The notes: generated by a model from the sequence alone, not told the origin. Numbered from the stretch's first letter, positions 20,031 through 30,244 are shown. The stretch: 64,000 bases of DNA from an uncultured delta proteobacterium (GCA_963787125.1 CAWBBV010000012.1:224001-288000); one strand, 5' to 3'. Numbers and translations: made by a program.

Positions 20031-21908
20031 CTAACCCACTAAATACTGCTGCTGCCAAAGCGAAAACGAAAGCAGGCTCCAAAGAAGCGTGCCGTGATTG
20101 CTTTTATGCTCCTGGTGCTCCTGCCACAGCTCTCTAATCCTCGCAACAGAGAAAAAATCTGCCAATGAGTCGTTAAGGAGCAGATGTTTGACACCCAGGC
20201 CCAGGAGGTCACTGCGGAACCAATCGTCAAGCGGCACTGTGAAACCGTGCTTGCGGCGATGGAGAATTTCCGTCGGCAGACAAGATGCAAAGGCATTTTT
20301 GAGCAGTAGTTTTTTTTGGTTTCCACGGATTTTCATTGAACTCGGTAGTGATGCGGCAAATTCAACTACACGGTAATCAAGCAGTGGTGCGCGCACTTCA
20401 AGGGAGTTAGCCATGCTCATGCGGTCCACTTTGACCAGAATATCGCCTGGAAGATATGTCTTGATATCGGTGTACAACATGCGTGTCAGATGATCCTCTC
20501 CTGACATATGGTTCCAATATTTCAGGGTATGTTCAGCCGGATCGTATCCCAGACACTGCGACTGCAGGTCAGGGGAGAGAAGACTTTCCAGACAGGCGTC
20601 ACTAATGAAAGTATTAGTTCGGTAATACGAACGTCCAGCGTTAGACAGGGCGCTCTCTGCCAGAGTGTTGGCCTTGCGCAACAGAGGACTGTTAGCCCCG
20701 CTGACGGCTCCCTTGAGTGCTCGCAGCATGAATCCGGGAACTTTCCGTCGCACCAGATCTTCTCTCATGTCAGTGATATATTTACTGTAACCGCCAAAAT
20801 TTTCGTCGCCGCCGTCTCCGGCCAGGGCAACAGTTACCACCTGCCGAGCAAGTTTTGAAACATGGAAGGTCGGTACTGCTGATGAATCTGCGAAAGGCTC
20901 GTCAAAATATCGGGGCAACACTGTTACCGTTTCCGCCAGATTATTGGCAACAACGTACTCAGAATGATTTGTATTGAAAATCTTTGCAACTTGACGCGCA
21001 TACGTGGTTTCATCGTGCCGTTTATCCTGAAAACCGATGGAACAGGTTTTTACCGGGAGCGCGGTAGATTGCGCCATCAAGGCAACTATGGCGCTCGAAT
21101 CAATGCCGCCACTTAAGAAAGCTCCCAGCGGCACATCGGCGAGCATTCGGCAGCTCGTACTGCTACTCATGAGTTCAAATAGCTCTTCAGCTTTATCATC
21201 TTCGCAGCAATGCGTCCCGCAAGATGAAAATCTCAGATCCCAGTATTCGGTGATTTTTGGCTCTGAGCCGATTTCAACTTCCATGTAGTGGCCGGGAAGA
21301 AGCTTGTAAATCCCCTTGAAGATGCTTTTAGGCGCCGGAATGTAGAGATATTTAAGATAATCGACCACCGCAGTCGGTTCGACTTCACGGCGTATTCCGG
21401 GAATCTGGAGGATTGCCTTTATCTCGGAAGCAAACGCAATCCTGTCGCCTCCTCCGAGGTAGTAGTAGAGCGGTTTTTTACCAATCCGGTCTCGTGCCAT
21501 AAAAAGCACCTTTGAATTGCGATCCCAGATTGCAAAGGCAAACATGCCGTTCAATCGGTGCAGAAAACTCCGCCCTTCCAACTGGTAGAGGGCCAGAATT
21601 ACCTCTGTGTCGGTTCTGCTTTTGAAGCTGCATCCACGTTTAATCAACCCCTCGCGCAACTCCTGAAAATTATATATTTCACCATTAAAGACGATAACAA
21701 AGCGCCCATCAGTTGAAATCATCGGCTGATTTCCAAGAGGCGAGAGATCAATGATGCTGAGACGGCGATGTCCAAGTGCAACCCACTCGTCAATATATTC
21801 ACCACTGGCATCCGGTCCGCGATGTAAAATTGTCTCCCCCATCCGTTTCAAGGTCGCTTTGTCGGACTCTGGCGAACAGCTGCGAATAAATCCTGCTATT
21901 CCGCACAC
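20031..21908 (-). CDS. asnB: Asparagine synthase (glutamine-hydrolysing) family amidotransferase
   Basis: GTG start at 21908 gives the N-terminal CGIAG. HRRLSIIDL, FNGEIYN and LSGGIDSS motifs. Confidence 0.92.
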   Translation of the reverse strand: MCGIAGFIRSCSPESDKATLKRMGETILHRGPDASGEYIDEWVALGHRRLSIIDLSPLGNQPMISTDGRFVIVFNGEIYNFQELREGLIKRGCSFKSRTDTEVILALYQLEGRSFLHRLNGMFAFAIWDRNSKVLFMARDRIGKKPLYYYLGGGDRIAFASEIKAILQIPGIRREVEPTAVVDYLKYLYIPAPKSIFKGIYKLLPGHYMEVEIGSEPKITEYWDLRFSSCGTHCCEDDKAEELFELMSSSTSCRMLADVPLGAFLSGGIDSSAIVALMAQSTALPVKTCSIGFQDKRHDETTYARQVAKIFNTNHSEYVVANNLAETVTVLPRYFDEPFADSSAVPTFHVSKLARQVVTVALAGDGGDENFGGYSKYITDMREDLVRRKVPGFMLRALKGAVSGANSPLLRKANTLAESALSNAGRSYYRTNTFISDACLESLLSPDLQSQCLGYDPAEHTLKYWNHMSGEDHLTRMLYTDIKTYLPGDILVKVDRMSMANSLEVRAPLLDYRVVEFAASLPSSMKIRGNQKKLLLKNAFASCLPTEILHRRKHGFTVPLDDWFRSDLLGLGVKHLLLNDSLADFFSVARIRELWQEHQEHKSNHGTLLWSLLSFSLWQQQYLVG

Positions 21909-24319
21909 TTGATAACACCTCCGCGCCAAGCCACTTTTTGACTGCCGGTTAGTTCACGGTAGAGTCCAACCAGGGATGCAAGGGCAAGCATGAAAACATA
22001 ATGGAGCATGTTTATCGGAATAATCTTTCTGCAAGCAGGGACTAGCTGCCCAATCAGGGCAAGCAAAGATGAGGCGATCATCAGGTGGAAAAGGATATCC
22101 AGTGGCAGATTGGCAAGTTTTTCAGACAGGTGAATAATGCAAAGCAGTAAAAAAAGCGGAATCAAGAGAATGCCGCTGAACCAGCGGAGCAATTTGTGCG
22201 AAACGAAATTGAAAAGAAGCAGTGGTTGCGAGAGTGTCGGCACAATATCCCCCCGGAACAGACACTGGAATCCTCCGGAAATAATCCTTGCCTTGCGATC
22301 GAACTCTTCCTTCAATTCATGGATGTTGCGTTCATGCCCGAGCGCTTCCGGTTCGTGAACGACCCGATACCCCTGCCTGGCAATATCCATTGAGATTACA
22401 AAATCATCCAGAATAGTATCAGTCGGATGCCTTTGGAACAGGCCCCGACGAATAGCATACATTGCACCATCTGCACCCACCAGCGTGCCGGTGGCCCCCT
22501 CCATTTTCTGTATATAATGCTCTATGCAGTAATAAATTTTCTCTGACCGGCCATAACTGATCGAATCATTGTCCAGAAAAACTCTCCCGGAAACAGCTCC
22601 AACAGAGGGGTCATTAAAATTTCGAACCAGTTTTCGCACTGCTTTCTGGTCATAGATAACATTGGCATCAGAAAATACAACAATCTCAGATTCTATTTGC
22701 TCCATGGCATCATTAAGCGCTGCAATTTTTCCACGATTAGAATTGAAGGCTATAAGCTTGATGCCAAGTGGCTCATACTCTTTGACCAGCTTATTGGTCC
22801 TATCTGTAGACCCGTCTGAAACCACCACAATGTTCAATAATTCTTTAGGATAATCCAGCGCCAAAGATGTATGTAGCTTGCCGTGAATATGACACTCTTC
22901 GTTGAATGCACTGATGAGCAGAGTCACTTTGGGCGTATAACTGTTATCCAGCTGAATTTGCACAGGGAGCAATCTTGCCAGTATTGTGAGTAGCAGTGGA
23001 TAGCCAAGGTACATATAGAATATGACGCCTGTAAGGATGTATGCTGTCCCTTGAATCAGTAGTGCAGGATTACCAAAACCGTCTGCAACCCTTAAAATAG
23101 CTGCTGTCATGGTGCAAGCCATAAATATGGGAAGAAGCGACGGCATACGTCCCCTGACCTGTTTGTCCGTACGAACTGTTTCCCAGGTAGAAATAATCTC
23201 CCCTTTCAGTCGTAACAGAATACCCACTGCTGAAGCACTGTTCATAAGAGAGAAATAGTATGGAATGGAGAAAATAGTTCTGTAGCTCCCACTTTTATCC
23301 AACCACCAGCCTATAAGTGAAAAGAGTGAGAAAAAGCCGTAAAACGCAACGAGGCAAAGAGTTAGAGCGCTTTCAGGAGCAGATTTACTGGTGGCAATAG
23401 CCGCGAGAAAATTCAGGCAAAGGATATAAGGCGAAAACCATCTGAGTAGCTTGTGTGAGATGAGTTGCCAGGCGAATCGACCTGTCTTGATGGGGTTGCT
23501 GGCTGCTGGAACGCGTAGGAGGCCATTAAAACTGCGATTGGATATTCGGACTTTACGCGAAAATTCTTTAATGAAGTGACCGGCAGGTTTTTCAGTGCAC
23601 CAGGCCTCGGGCTCGTAAATTCCACGAAATCCTTTGGCAACGATCTGCAGCGGGTTAACAAAATCATTGATATCTGTCTCATGTAAAGGCTCGTACAGCT
23701 CGCTACGGATAGCATAGATTGCACCGTCTCCGCCCACAACCGATGAGAATGTCGACTCCCATTCCTTTATTTTGGTTTCAATATTCCAGTACGCACCTTC
23801 ACTGACCCCTGCAGCTGTTTGCAGATTTTCCACATATCGGGCGTGACCGACTACATAACCTATCTGTGCATCTGCGAAATGCCTTGTCAGACGTTTGACG
23901 GCGTGGCGTTCATACAAAGCGTTAGCATCTGAAAAGACGACAATTTCACTGTTGATATCTGCAAATGCCTGATTTAGAGCAAATGTTTTGCCACGGTGAC
24001 TATTGGATCGCACCAGAATGACACCGCTATCCCGAAATGATGTGACGATTTCATCGGTGCGATCAGTAGACGCATCCGAAACCACCATGATTGTCAGTTT
24101 TTCTCCGGGATAATCCAGTTCCAGTGCATTTCTGATTTTTGCCTCGATGACATCCTCTTCATTATAGGCTGAGATGATAAGGGTTGCAGAGGGGATATGC
24201 TCATCAGCGTAACGGTGCTTTTGCGGGAACAATCTGGCCAGAAGTGCGAGACAAAGCGGATAGCCAAGATAGATATATACCAGCAGAATGGAGGTTGAGA
24301 GCATCAAGTAAAAAGCCAT
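21896..24319 (-). CDS. Tandem double GT2 glycosyltransferase
   Basis: Two complete units, each with SAY/FNEE, SDxSTDRT, FSDAN, GxDGAxYAIR and SHKLLRWFS. Confidence 0.9.
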   Translation of the reverse strand: MAFYLMLSTSILLVYIYLGYPLCLALLARLFPQKHRYADEHIPSATLIISAYNEEDVIEAKIRNALELDYPGEKLTIMVVSDASTDRTDEIVTSFRDSGVILVRSNSHRGKTFALNQAFADINSEIVVFSDANALYERHAVKRLTRHFADAQIGYVVGHARYVENLQTAAGVSEGAYWNIETKIKEWESTFSSVVGGDGAIYAIRSELYEPLHETDINDFVNPLQIVAKGFRGIYEPEAWCTEKPAGHFIKEFSRKVRISNRSFNGLLRVPAASNPIKTGRFAWQLISHKLLRWFSPYILCLNFLAAIATSKSAPESALTLCLVAFYGFFSLFSLIGWWLDKSGSYRTIFSIPYYFSLMNSASAVGILLRLKGEIISTWETVRTDKQVRGRMPSLLPIFMACTMTAAILRVADGFGNPALLIQGTAYILTGVIFYMYLGYPLLLTILARLLPVQIQLDNSYTPKVTLLISAFNEECHIHGKLHTSLALDYPKELLNIVVVSDGSTDRTNKLVKEYEPLGIKLIAFNSNRGKIAALNDAMEQIESEIVVFSDANVIYDQKAVRKLVRNFNDPSVGAVSGRVFLDNDSISYGRSEKIYYCIEHYIQKMEGATGTLVGADGAMYAIRRGLFQRHPTDTILDDFVISMDIARQGYRVVHEPEALGHERNIHELKEEFDRKARIISGGFQCLFRGDIVPTLSQPLLLFNFVSHKLLRWFSGILLIPLFLLLCIIHLSEKLANLPLDILFHLMIASSLLALIGQLVPACRKIIPINMLHYVFMLALASLVGLYRELTGSQKVAWRGGVIKCAE

Positions 24320-24387
24320 TTATCTTGCTCCTGTTAAAAAGGGACAAAAATTAACTTCCGGGTATGTATTGAATACACAGCCTTCAT

Positions 24388-25437
24388 CTATGGGATACAG
24401 CGCACAATATGCGGACCGATTAAATTTGTTAGCATTAGCGGTAGTCGCTGCCAGGCTTGAATTGCGAAGCGATACTTTGGATTATCGGGAGTTATTTCAG
24501 GTGGCGCATTCCCATCGCGTAGCTGGTATTGCCAGTAAAGCTGCACCATCCTCGCACCCCACTGCTTCTTGAATTGATAGGTCCCTTCTCCGGGAGTTGA
24601 ACGACCGAAATCTAATTTGCGGGCGCCCATATCAATGGCAAAACGAATAACCTGCCAGTAAAGGAGATTATTGGGACAAAACGAGCGAAAATCCCTATTG
24701 GATGAAGCCCACGGCACTTCAAGAGTATTTTTGTACCAAGTCAATAGTGCTGCTGCGATGGTGTTACCGTTATGAACCACAGCAATGATCCGGGTAGTTG
24801 TGGGGAACTCTTCCAATACATTTTGAAAGAAATTTCGACCATAGACCGGTGTTCCCAGATCGCGCATATTTCTGCAAAACACATCATAAAAACCGTCCAA
24901 AAGCTCCAAGCCTCCCTCTACCGTTGATAAGCCGGACTTTTCAGCTTTGCGAATCTGATTGCGCACCTTGGGATCAAGATCTTTCCACTGCTCTTCTTCA
25001 CTTGTTTTCAGGTCGAGAATCATGGTGACCTTATGGCTTCTGGTAGAATCAGTGTCAGCAGCAATCTTAAAATGACGAAGCTCGATATGATCAACTCCGG
25101 TTCCAATCAGCATTTTTCGGGATGCATTCAACAACTTGTCGGCAACATTCTGCTCTGAAGCGAGCAGACCGCCGTAATTGAAAAATGGTAAAGAAACCAG
25201 AAATGACCCGAATATTCTGCTTTTCATCCGGACAAAAGGGAGTACACCGCAGATTTTGTTGTCACGATTGGTAGCTGCCAGATACATTGTTCTGTGGCCA
25301 AAACTTTTTTCCACAACATTCCGCCAGCCATACTGGTGATAATTTGTACTCTCCTCATGAGCCGTTACAAAAGCATCCCAGGCGCTGCCGTTTTCGTTAT
25401 ACAAGCAAGTATTGATTTCCATAAACACCAGCCTCAT
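24388..25437 (-). CDS. FemAB-related protein, XrtA/PEP-CTERM system-associated
   Basis: LVSLPFFNYGG, NMRDLGTPV and DFGRSTPGEGTYQFKKQWG motifs. Start 25437 or 25422. Confidence 0.88.
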   Translation of the reverse strand: MRLVFMEINTCLYNENGSAWDAFVTAHEESTNYHQYGWRNVVEKSFGHRTMYLAATNRDNKICGVLPFVRMKSRIFGSFLVSLPFFNYGGLLASEQNVADKLLNASRKMLIGTGVDHIELRHFKIAADTDSTRSHKVTMILDLKTSEEEQWKDLDPKVRNQIRKAEKSGLSTVEGGLELLDGFYDVFCRNMRDLGTPVYGRNFFQNVLEEFPTTTRIIAVVHNGNTIAAALLTWYKNTLEVPWASSNRDFRSFCPNNLLYWQVIRFAIDMGARKLDFGRSTPGEGTYQFKKQWGARMVQLYWQYQLRDGNAPPEITPDNPKYRFAIQAWQRLPLMLTNLIGPHIVRCIP

Positions 25438-25689
25438 TTAACATAGGAAAACATTAAGAATCTATTCGGCGCTGCATATCTTTACTAATCACGATTCATG
25501 CCACAAATAATAGTGATTATTTACAGATTGTTAGAGCTTATAGCGGTTCATAATGACTGTTAAGGAGAGGACTGAATCCTACAGATGAAGTGGTGAGAAA
25601 GGCTTATTTGCGGGAGGTTACGTGGTTGTTAATAATATTTACTTTGTTATTTTTTTGCTGAGGTGAAGTTGCGACCACTTACAAATTTT

Positions 25690-26691
25690 CTACGGCACCA
25701 ATACTCCTGCTCCGATGATCCGCCCTGCACGCAAGGCAGCCAGCGCTTCGTTGGCATTTTTTAGAGGGAAAACCTCAACCTTTGTCGCAACCGGTATCCG
25801 GGGGGCCAATTGCAGAAACTCTTCACCGTCGAGACGGGTCAGATTGGCCACAGAAACAAGTTTTCGCTCGCCCCATAACAGTTCATAGGGAAAACCGGGG
25901 ATCGCACTCATATGAATGCCGCCACAGACCACAGTACCGCCTTTGCAGATCGCTCCAAGAGCCAGCGGCACCAATTCACCGGCAGGGGCGAATATGATGG
26001 CTGCATCCAGTTCGACAGGCGGTTTGTCGGTTGCGGCTCCGGCCCAGCAGGCGCCCATTTCCATAGCAAAGCCCTGCCCTATTGCATCACCAGCACGAGT
26101 GAACGCATAAACCTGCCGTTTCTCCCAGATTGCCACCTGAGTCACAATATGCGCTGCAGAACCGAATCCATAAATCCCCAGTCGTTTACCCGTGCCGGCC
26201 ATTCGCAGGGCCCGGTAACCGATCAGGCCTGCGCAGAGCAGCGGCGCAGCCTGTGTGGCTGGATAATCCTCCGGTATTGTGAAACAGAATGCCGCCTTGG
26301 CAGTGCAGAATTCGGCAAAACCACCGCTGCGCTGATAGCCGGTAAAGATCGCCTCATCACAAAGATTCTCCTGCCCACTCAGGCAGTATCTGCATCTGCC
26401 GCACGTTCCGCCCAGCCAAGGGACCCCCACCAGGTCACCCTGGTGAAAGCCTTTCACCCCCTTTCCAACCGCTTCCACCAGACCCACTATCTGGTGACCC
26501 GGTATCAAGGGAAGACGTGGTTCGCTCAACTCCCCATCGACGACATGCAGGTCTGTGCGGCAGATGCCGCACGCCTGCACCTTGAGAAGGAGTTCCCCGG
26601 CGCCAGCTACAGGGATCGGCAGTTTTGTAGCCTTGAGCAGTTCACCGGGATTTTCCAGCACCATCGCATGCATATACGGCTCATGAATCAT
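25690..26691 (-). CDS. Zinc-dependent alcohol dehydrogenase
   Basis: CRTDLH, GHQIVG, CGRCRYC...C and GIYGFG motifs. Confidence 0.92.
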   Translation of the reverse strand: MIHEPYMHAMVLENPGELLKATKLPIPVAGAGELLLKVQACGICRTDLHVVDGELSEPRLPLIPGHQIVGLVEAVGKGVKGFHQGDLVGVPWLGGTCGRCRYCLSGQENLCDEAIFTGYQRSGGFAEFCTAKAAFCFTIPEDYPATQAAPLLCAGLIGYRALRMAGTGKRLGIYGFGSAAHIVTQVAIWEKRQVYAFTRAGDAIGQGFAMEMGACWAGAATDKPPVELDAAIIFAPAGELVPLALGAICKGGTVVCGGIHMSAIPGFPYELLWGERKLVSVANLTRLDGEEFLQLAPRIPVATKVEVFPLKNANEALAALRAGRIIGAGVLVP

Positions 26692-26704
26692 CTTTTGTTG
26701 CCGC

Positions 26705-27208
26705 CTATTCTACGGATATTTTTCGTACCTGCTGCTTTTCAATCTCGGACTTGGGCATTCTTATTTCCAGAACCCCATCCTTGAATGTTGCCCTGGTTTT
26801 GTCAATCTCGATTTCAATCGGGAGGTACAGTTTTCGGCTGAATGAGCCGAAAGAGCGCTCAACACGGTAATAATCCTTACGTTCAGTCTTCTCTTCGGAT
26901 TTTTTCTCACCGGAGATAGTTACAATATTATCCGTAAAATCGATACTTATCTCATCTTTTTTCATACCCGGGATTTCTGCCTTGATTACGAGCTCAGCCC
27001 CCTCCTCATACATATCAACCGAGGTAGATACGTCAGCAAACTCGGGTAGCTTGACCCGCGGCATCCATGACGGCGCAAAAAACCGTTTCTGGAAAAAGTC
27101 ATCAAACATCCGCTCCATATCCTCTAGCGGCGAAGAGTATCTCTGTAACTTGCTTTTACGCTCTTCAGCAGTTTTTTTGACGGCTACTTCCTGTTTGTCA
27201 TCTGACAT
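26705..27208 (-). CDS. Hsp20/alpha-crystallin small heat-shock protein
   Basis: VDMYE...AEIPG...ERSFGSFSR...ATFKDGVLEI. Confidence 0.93.
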   Translation of the reverse strand: MSDDKQEVAVKKTAEERKSKLQRYSSPLEDMERMFDDFFQKRFFAPSWMPRVKLPEFADVSTSVDMYEEGAELVIKAEIPGMKKDEISIDFTDNIVTISGEKKSEEKTERKDYYRVERSFGSFSRKLYLPIEIEIDKTRATFKDGVLEIRMPKSEIEKQQVRKISVE

Positions 27209-27228
27209 TTTTTTGTCTCCTTATATTG

Positions 27229-27627
27229 TTATGCCGCCTTGATATCAATTTTGCGAGGCTTGGCAGCTTCTGCAACAGGCACCCTCAACGTCAGGAGCCC
27301 GTTGACTAGCTCGGCTTTTGCTTTTTCGTGGTTTAAAGATTCCGGAATTGTAAACTGGCGGTAGTAGTGAGCAAGCTCGAATTCCGAGTAAATTGGTTGA
27401 CCTTGTGCACGATACGAGGTCGGAGCATTAATGGTCAGGATACCTTGCTCGACGGTGACATTCAGGGTCTCTTTAGTTGCGCCGGGAAGGTCAGCAATCA
27501 AAATCAAACCCGTTGCAGTTTCGATTATATCCACAGCCGGCGTGATGTAACGTTCGCTGTCCCTGGTTGTCTCACGAGCCTGGATATTTTTTTCTTCATT
27601 TCTTTTGGTTATACTGGTATCTCTCAT
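27229..27627 (-). CDS. Hsp20/alpha-crystallin small heat-shock protein
   Basis: PAVDIIE...ADLPG...AELVNGLLTL. Confidence 0.92.
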   Translation of the reverse strand: MRDTSITKRNEEKNIQARETTRDSERYITPAVDIIETATGLILIADLPGATKETLNVTVEQGILTINAPTSYRAQGQPIYSEFELAHYYRQFTIPESLNHEKAKAELVNGLLTLRVPVAEAAKPRKIDIKAA

Positions 27628-27671
27628 GGAAATAACTCTCCTTTTATCATGTAATTATTTAACTAATACGG

Positions 27672-28121
27672 CTAAACAGCCTTAATTTCGATTTTTTTAG
27701 CTTTCGCATGTTCAGCCTTGGCCAGCACTACCTGAATGATACCGTCCTTACATTCGGCCTTGATCTTGTCAGGATTGATATCGGTCGGAAGCTCCAGTGT
27801 CCGGGAGAACTTGCCAATGCCGAGTTCACAGCGATGCACAATCTGATTTTCATGAGCTTCAAAAGGCTTACGTTCGCCACTGATGGTGATGCTGTTCCTC
27901 ACGACTGAAAGATCAATATGTTTCGGATCAACTCCAGGTATGAGTGCTTCAAAATATAGATTTGCAGCGTCTTCGCTGAAGTTGACCAGCGGAAAGCGAC
28001 GCGAAGTTAATGGCGCAAGAAACGTTGTGCCAAAGGGACGATCCAGTCCCGCGCCACTGAATGCTTCGTTGATCTGTCGCCTCATATTGTCCAGCTCTCT
28101 AAACGTATCCCAGTTTGCCAT
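27672..28121 (-). CDS. Hsp20/alpha-crystallin small heat-shock protein
   Basis: FPLVN...IPGV...GKFSRTLELP...AECKDGII. Confidence 0.92.
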   Translation of the reverse strand: MANWDTFRELDNMRRQINEAFSGAGLDRPFGTTFLAPLTSRRFPLVNFSEDAANLYFEALIPGVDPKHIDLSVVRNSITISGERKPFEAHENQIVHRCELGIGKFSRTLELPTDINPDKIKAECKDGIIQVVLAKAEHAKAKKIEIKAV

Positions 28122-28523
28122 CTTGAATTCCTCCTTACCAGATTAGGTCCTCCAGAAGTCAAAACAGTAATCATGCCAATCTGCTAATGCAAATACTTCT
28201 GTAATTACAGCTGGATACTATAATTATTATTAACTAGACATGTTAACTTCACAACCATGAGAACCAGACAAATCAAATTAAAAATCGATAACTGGCTGAT
28301 TTTATGATGATATCTCTCCATGTAAAAATTTATCCAAATTCACACTTCTTAACAGCTGAAATCGATAAGTAAATATGGCGAGAGCTTTGAACCTGAGGTG
28401 ACTGTATATTTAATTATCAGCGGCATGATTGGATGAAACCGAGTGGTAAAAAGCGAATTCTACGTTAAACTGAGTATAAGATTAGTAAGATACAATAAAG
28501 TGTTGATTTTCAGGAGATATAAA

Positions 28524-29534
28524 ATGAAAGAAGCGATGTTCTATGATCGGGAGGAAGGCGCACAAGTACGCTGCGGTCTCTGCCGCTTCAACTGCCTGAT
28601 CAAAGACGGAGCTCGCGGTATCTGCAGAGTCCGTGAAAATCAACATGGCACCCTGTACACGCTTGTCTATGGCAAACTCTGCGCCGAGCATGTGGATCCC
28701 ATTGAGAAAAAGCCACTTTTCCACGTCATGCCGGGAAGCAGGTCCTACTCCATTGCGACAATGGGCTGCAACTTTCACTGTGAACATTGCCAGAACTACG
28801 GCATTTCCCAGATCAGCAGAGATGCACAGATACAGGGCGTAGAGTCGACGCCTCAGGAGATTGTCAACCGGGCTTTGAGGAGTAACTGCAGCTCAATCTC
28901 ATATACTTACACTGAACCGACCATCTTCTACGAGTTCGCCTACGATACCGCCCGTCTAGCCAGAGACGCCGGCTTGAAAAATATCTTTGTAACCAACGGC
29001 TACATCAGCAAAGAAGCGCTGGCAGCCATCGCCCCTTTTATGGATGCAGCCAATATAGATCTCAAAGGCTTTTCCGAAGGTTTTTATCGCGATGTTGTTC
29101 ATGCCCGACTCTCGGAAGTACTCGACTCGATAATTGAATATAAAATGGAGGGGATCTGGATCGAACTCACCACCCTGATTATCCCCGGCCTCAACGACTC
29201 AGATCGTGAACTTAAGGAGCTGGCGGATTTTATTGTCGCCAACCTAGGGGTAGACACCCCTTGGCACGTCAGCCAGTTCTACCCGACTTTCCGGCTTACC
29301 GACCGGCCGAGAACACCGGTAGAATCCCTGAAAAGGGCGTACGACATCGGTCGCGCCTCAGGATTACGTTATGTCTATATGGGCAATGTGCCGGGAGAAA
29401 ATGGTGAAAACAGCTTCTGTCCGGCCTGTTCAGCCCTGTTGATAAAGAGGCATGCCTTTAGCGTAATCAACAACAGGATCAATAATGGTGCCTGTCCTGA
29501 TTGTGGTGCTCTTATAGCCGGTATTTGGCTGTGA
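28524..29534 (+). CDS. amrS: AmmeMemoRadiSam system radical SAM enzyme
   Basis: Start MKEAMFY after an AGGAG RBS. DPIEKKPLFH, GCNFHCEHCQN and YTYTEP motifs. Confidence 0.9.
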   Translation: MKEAMFYDREEGAQVRCGLCRFNCLIKDGARGICRVRENQHGTLYTLVYGKLCAEHVDPIEKKPLFHVMPGSRSYSIATMGCNFHCEHCQNYGISQISRDAQIQGVESTPQEIVNRALRSNCSSISYTYTEPTIFYEFAYDTARLARDAGLKNIFVTNGYISKEALAAIAPFMDAANIDLKGFSEGFYRDVVHARLSEVLDSIIEYKMEGIWIELTTLIIPGLNDSDRELKELADFIVANLGVDTPWHVSQFYPTFRLTDRPRTPVESLKRAYDIGRASGLRYVYMGNVPGENGENSFCPACSALLIKRHAFSVINNRINNGACPDCGALIAGIWL

Positions 29535-29574
29535 AATTGGCTCGTGTACAGGCTCATAATGGCTGCACCGACAA

Positions 29575-29724
29575 GCTCATAACGCCCCCCCCAACCCCCT
29601 CTTATTCTTAAGAGGACCCAAAGGGTCTAAAGGGGAGCTTAAAAGCAAAGACAAATCCCAAAATATCACCAATGCAACATCAAAGCGTCCCTCCCCTTAG
29701 TTAAGGGGAGGACAGGTGGGGTTA
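29575..29724. repeat. REP-doublet (REPIN-like) unit, copy 1
   Basis: Left arm GCTCATAACG(C)nAACCCCCTCTTA..TAAGAGG. Right arm 29685-29724 contains the hairpin CCTCCCCTTA-GT-TAAGGGGAGG. Confidence 0.85.
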
Positions 29725-30089
29725 GCCTTCAGACATGCCACCTTCAACTCCAACATGGCAAATACGCCATCAATATTAACCAGTACTTCATTATTCCAGA
29801 ACCGTAACACTTCAACACCGTGAGCATTCAGGTAATTAGTACGAGCTGCATCATATTCTCTGCCATCAGACACGTTATGTTGTCCACCATCCAACTCCAC
29901 CGCCAATTTTATCTCGGGACAGTAGAAATCCAGAATGTAAGGCCCAAGGCTGTACTGACGAAAGAACTTCAGCCCGAGAAACTGTTTGTTGCGGACTTTT
30001 ATCCAGAAAACCCTTTCGGCATCGGTCTGTTTCCGTCGCAACTCACGTCGTCTTTCTTTTAGGATGGGATCGTTTTTCAGGAAGGTCAT
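29697..30089 (-). CDS. DUF559 (Vsr-like PD-(D/E)xK) endonuclease
   Basis: LRRKQTDAE, KFFRQYSLGPYILDFYC, AVELDGGQH and VLRFWN motifs. Confidence 0.92.
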   Translation of the reverse strand: MTFLKNDPILKERRRELRRKQTDAERVFWIKVRNKQFLGLKFFRQYSLGPYILDFYCPEIKLAVELDGGQHNVSDGREYDAARTNYLNAHGVEVLRFWNNEVLVNIDGVFAMLELKVACLKANPTCPPLN

Positions 30090-30106
30090 TAACGCAACAC
30101 CAAAAG

Positions 30107-30244
30107 GCTCATAACGCCCCCCAACCCCCTCTTATCTTAAGAGGGGGAGCTAAAGGCCAAATCAAGGGCAAATAAACTCACATTACCACTACAGCAGCAT
30201 CCTTGCGTCCCTCCCCTTAGATAAGGGGAGGACAGGTGGGGTTA
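30107..30244. repeat. REP-doublet (REPIN-like) unit, copy 2
   Basis: Left hairpin CCCCCTCTTA-TCT-TAAGAGGGGG (30125-30147). Right arm 30205-30244 matches 29685-29724 at 39 of 40 positions. Confidence 0.85.

Noticed and set aside
28122..28523. CIRCE operator for the Hsp20 genes
   Set aside because: No TTAGCACTC-N9-GAGTGCTAA match was found.
29575..30244. CRISPR array
   Set aside because: Only two composite units 520 bp apart, with no regular spacers and no cas genes.
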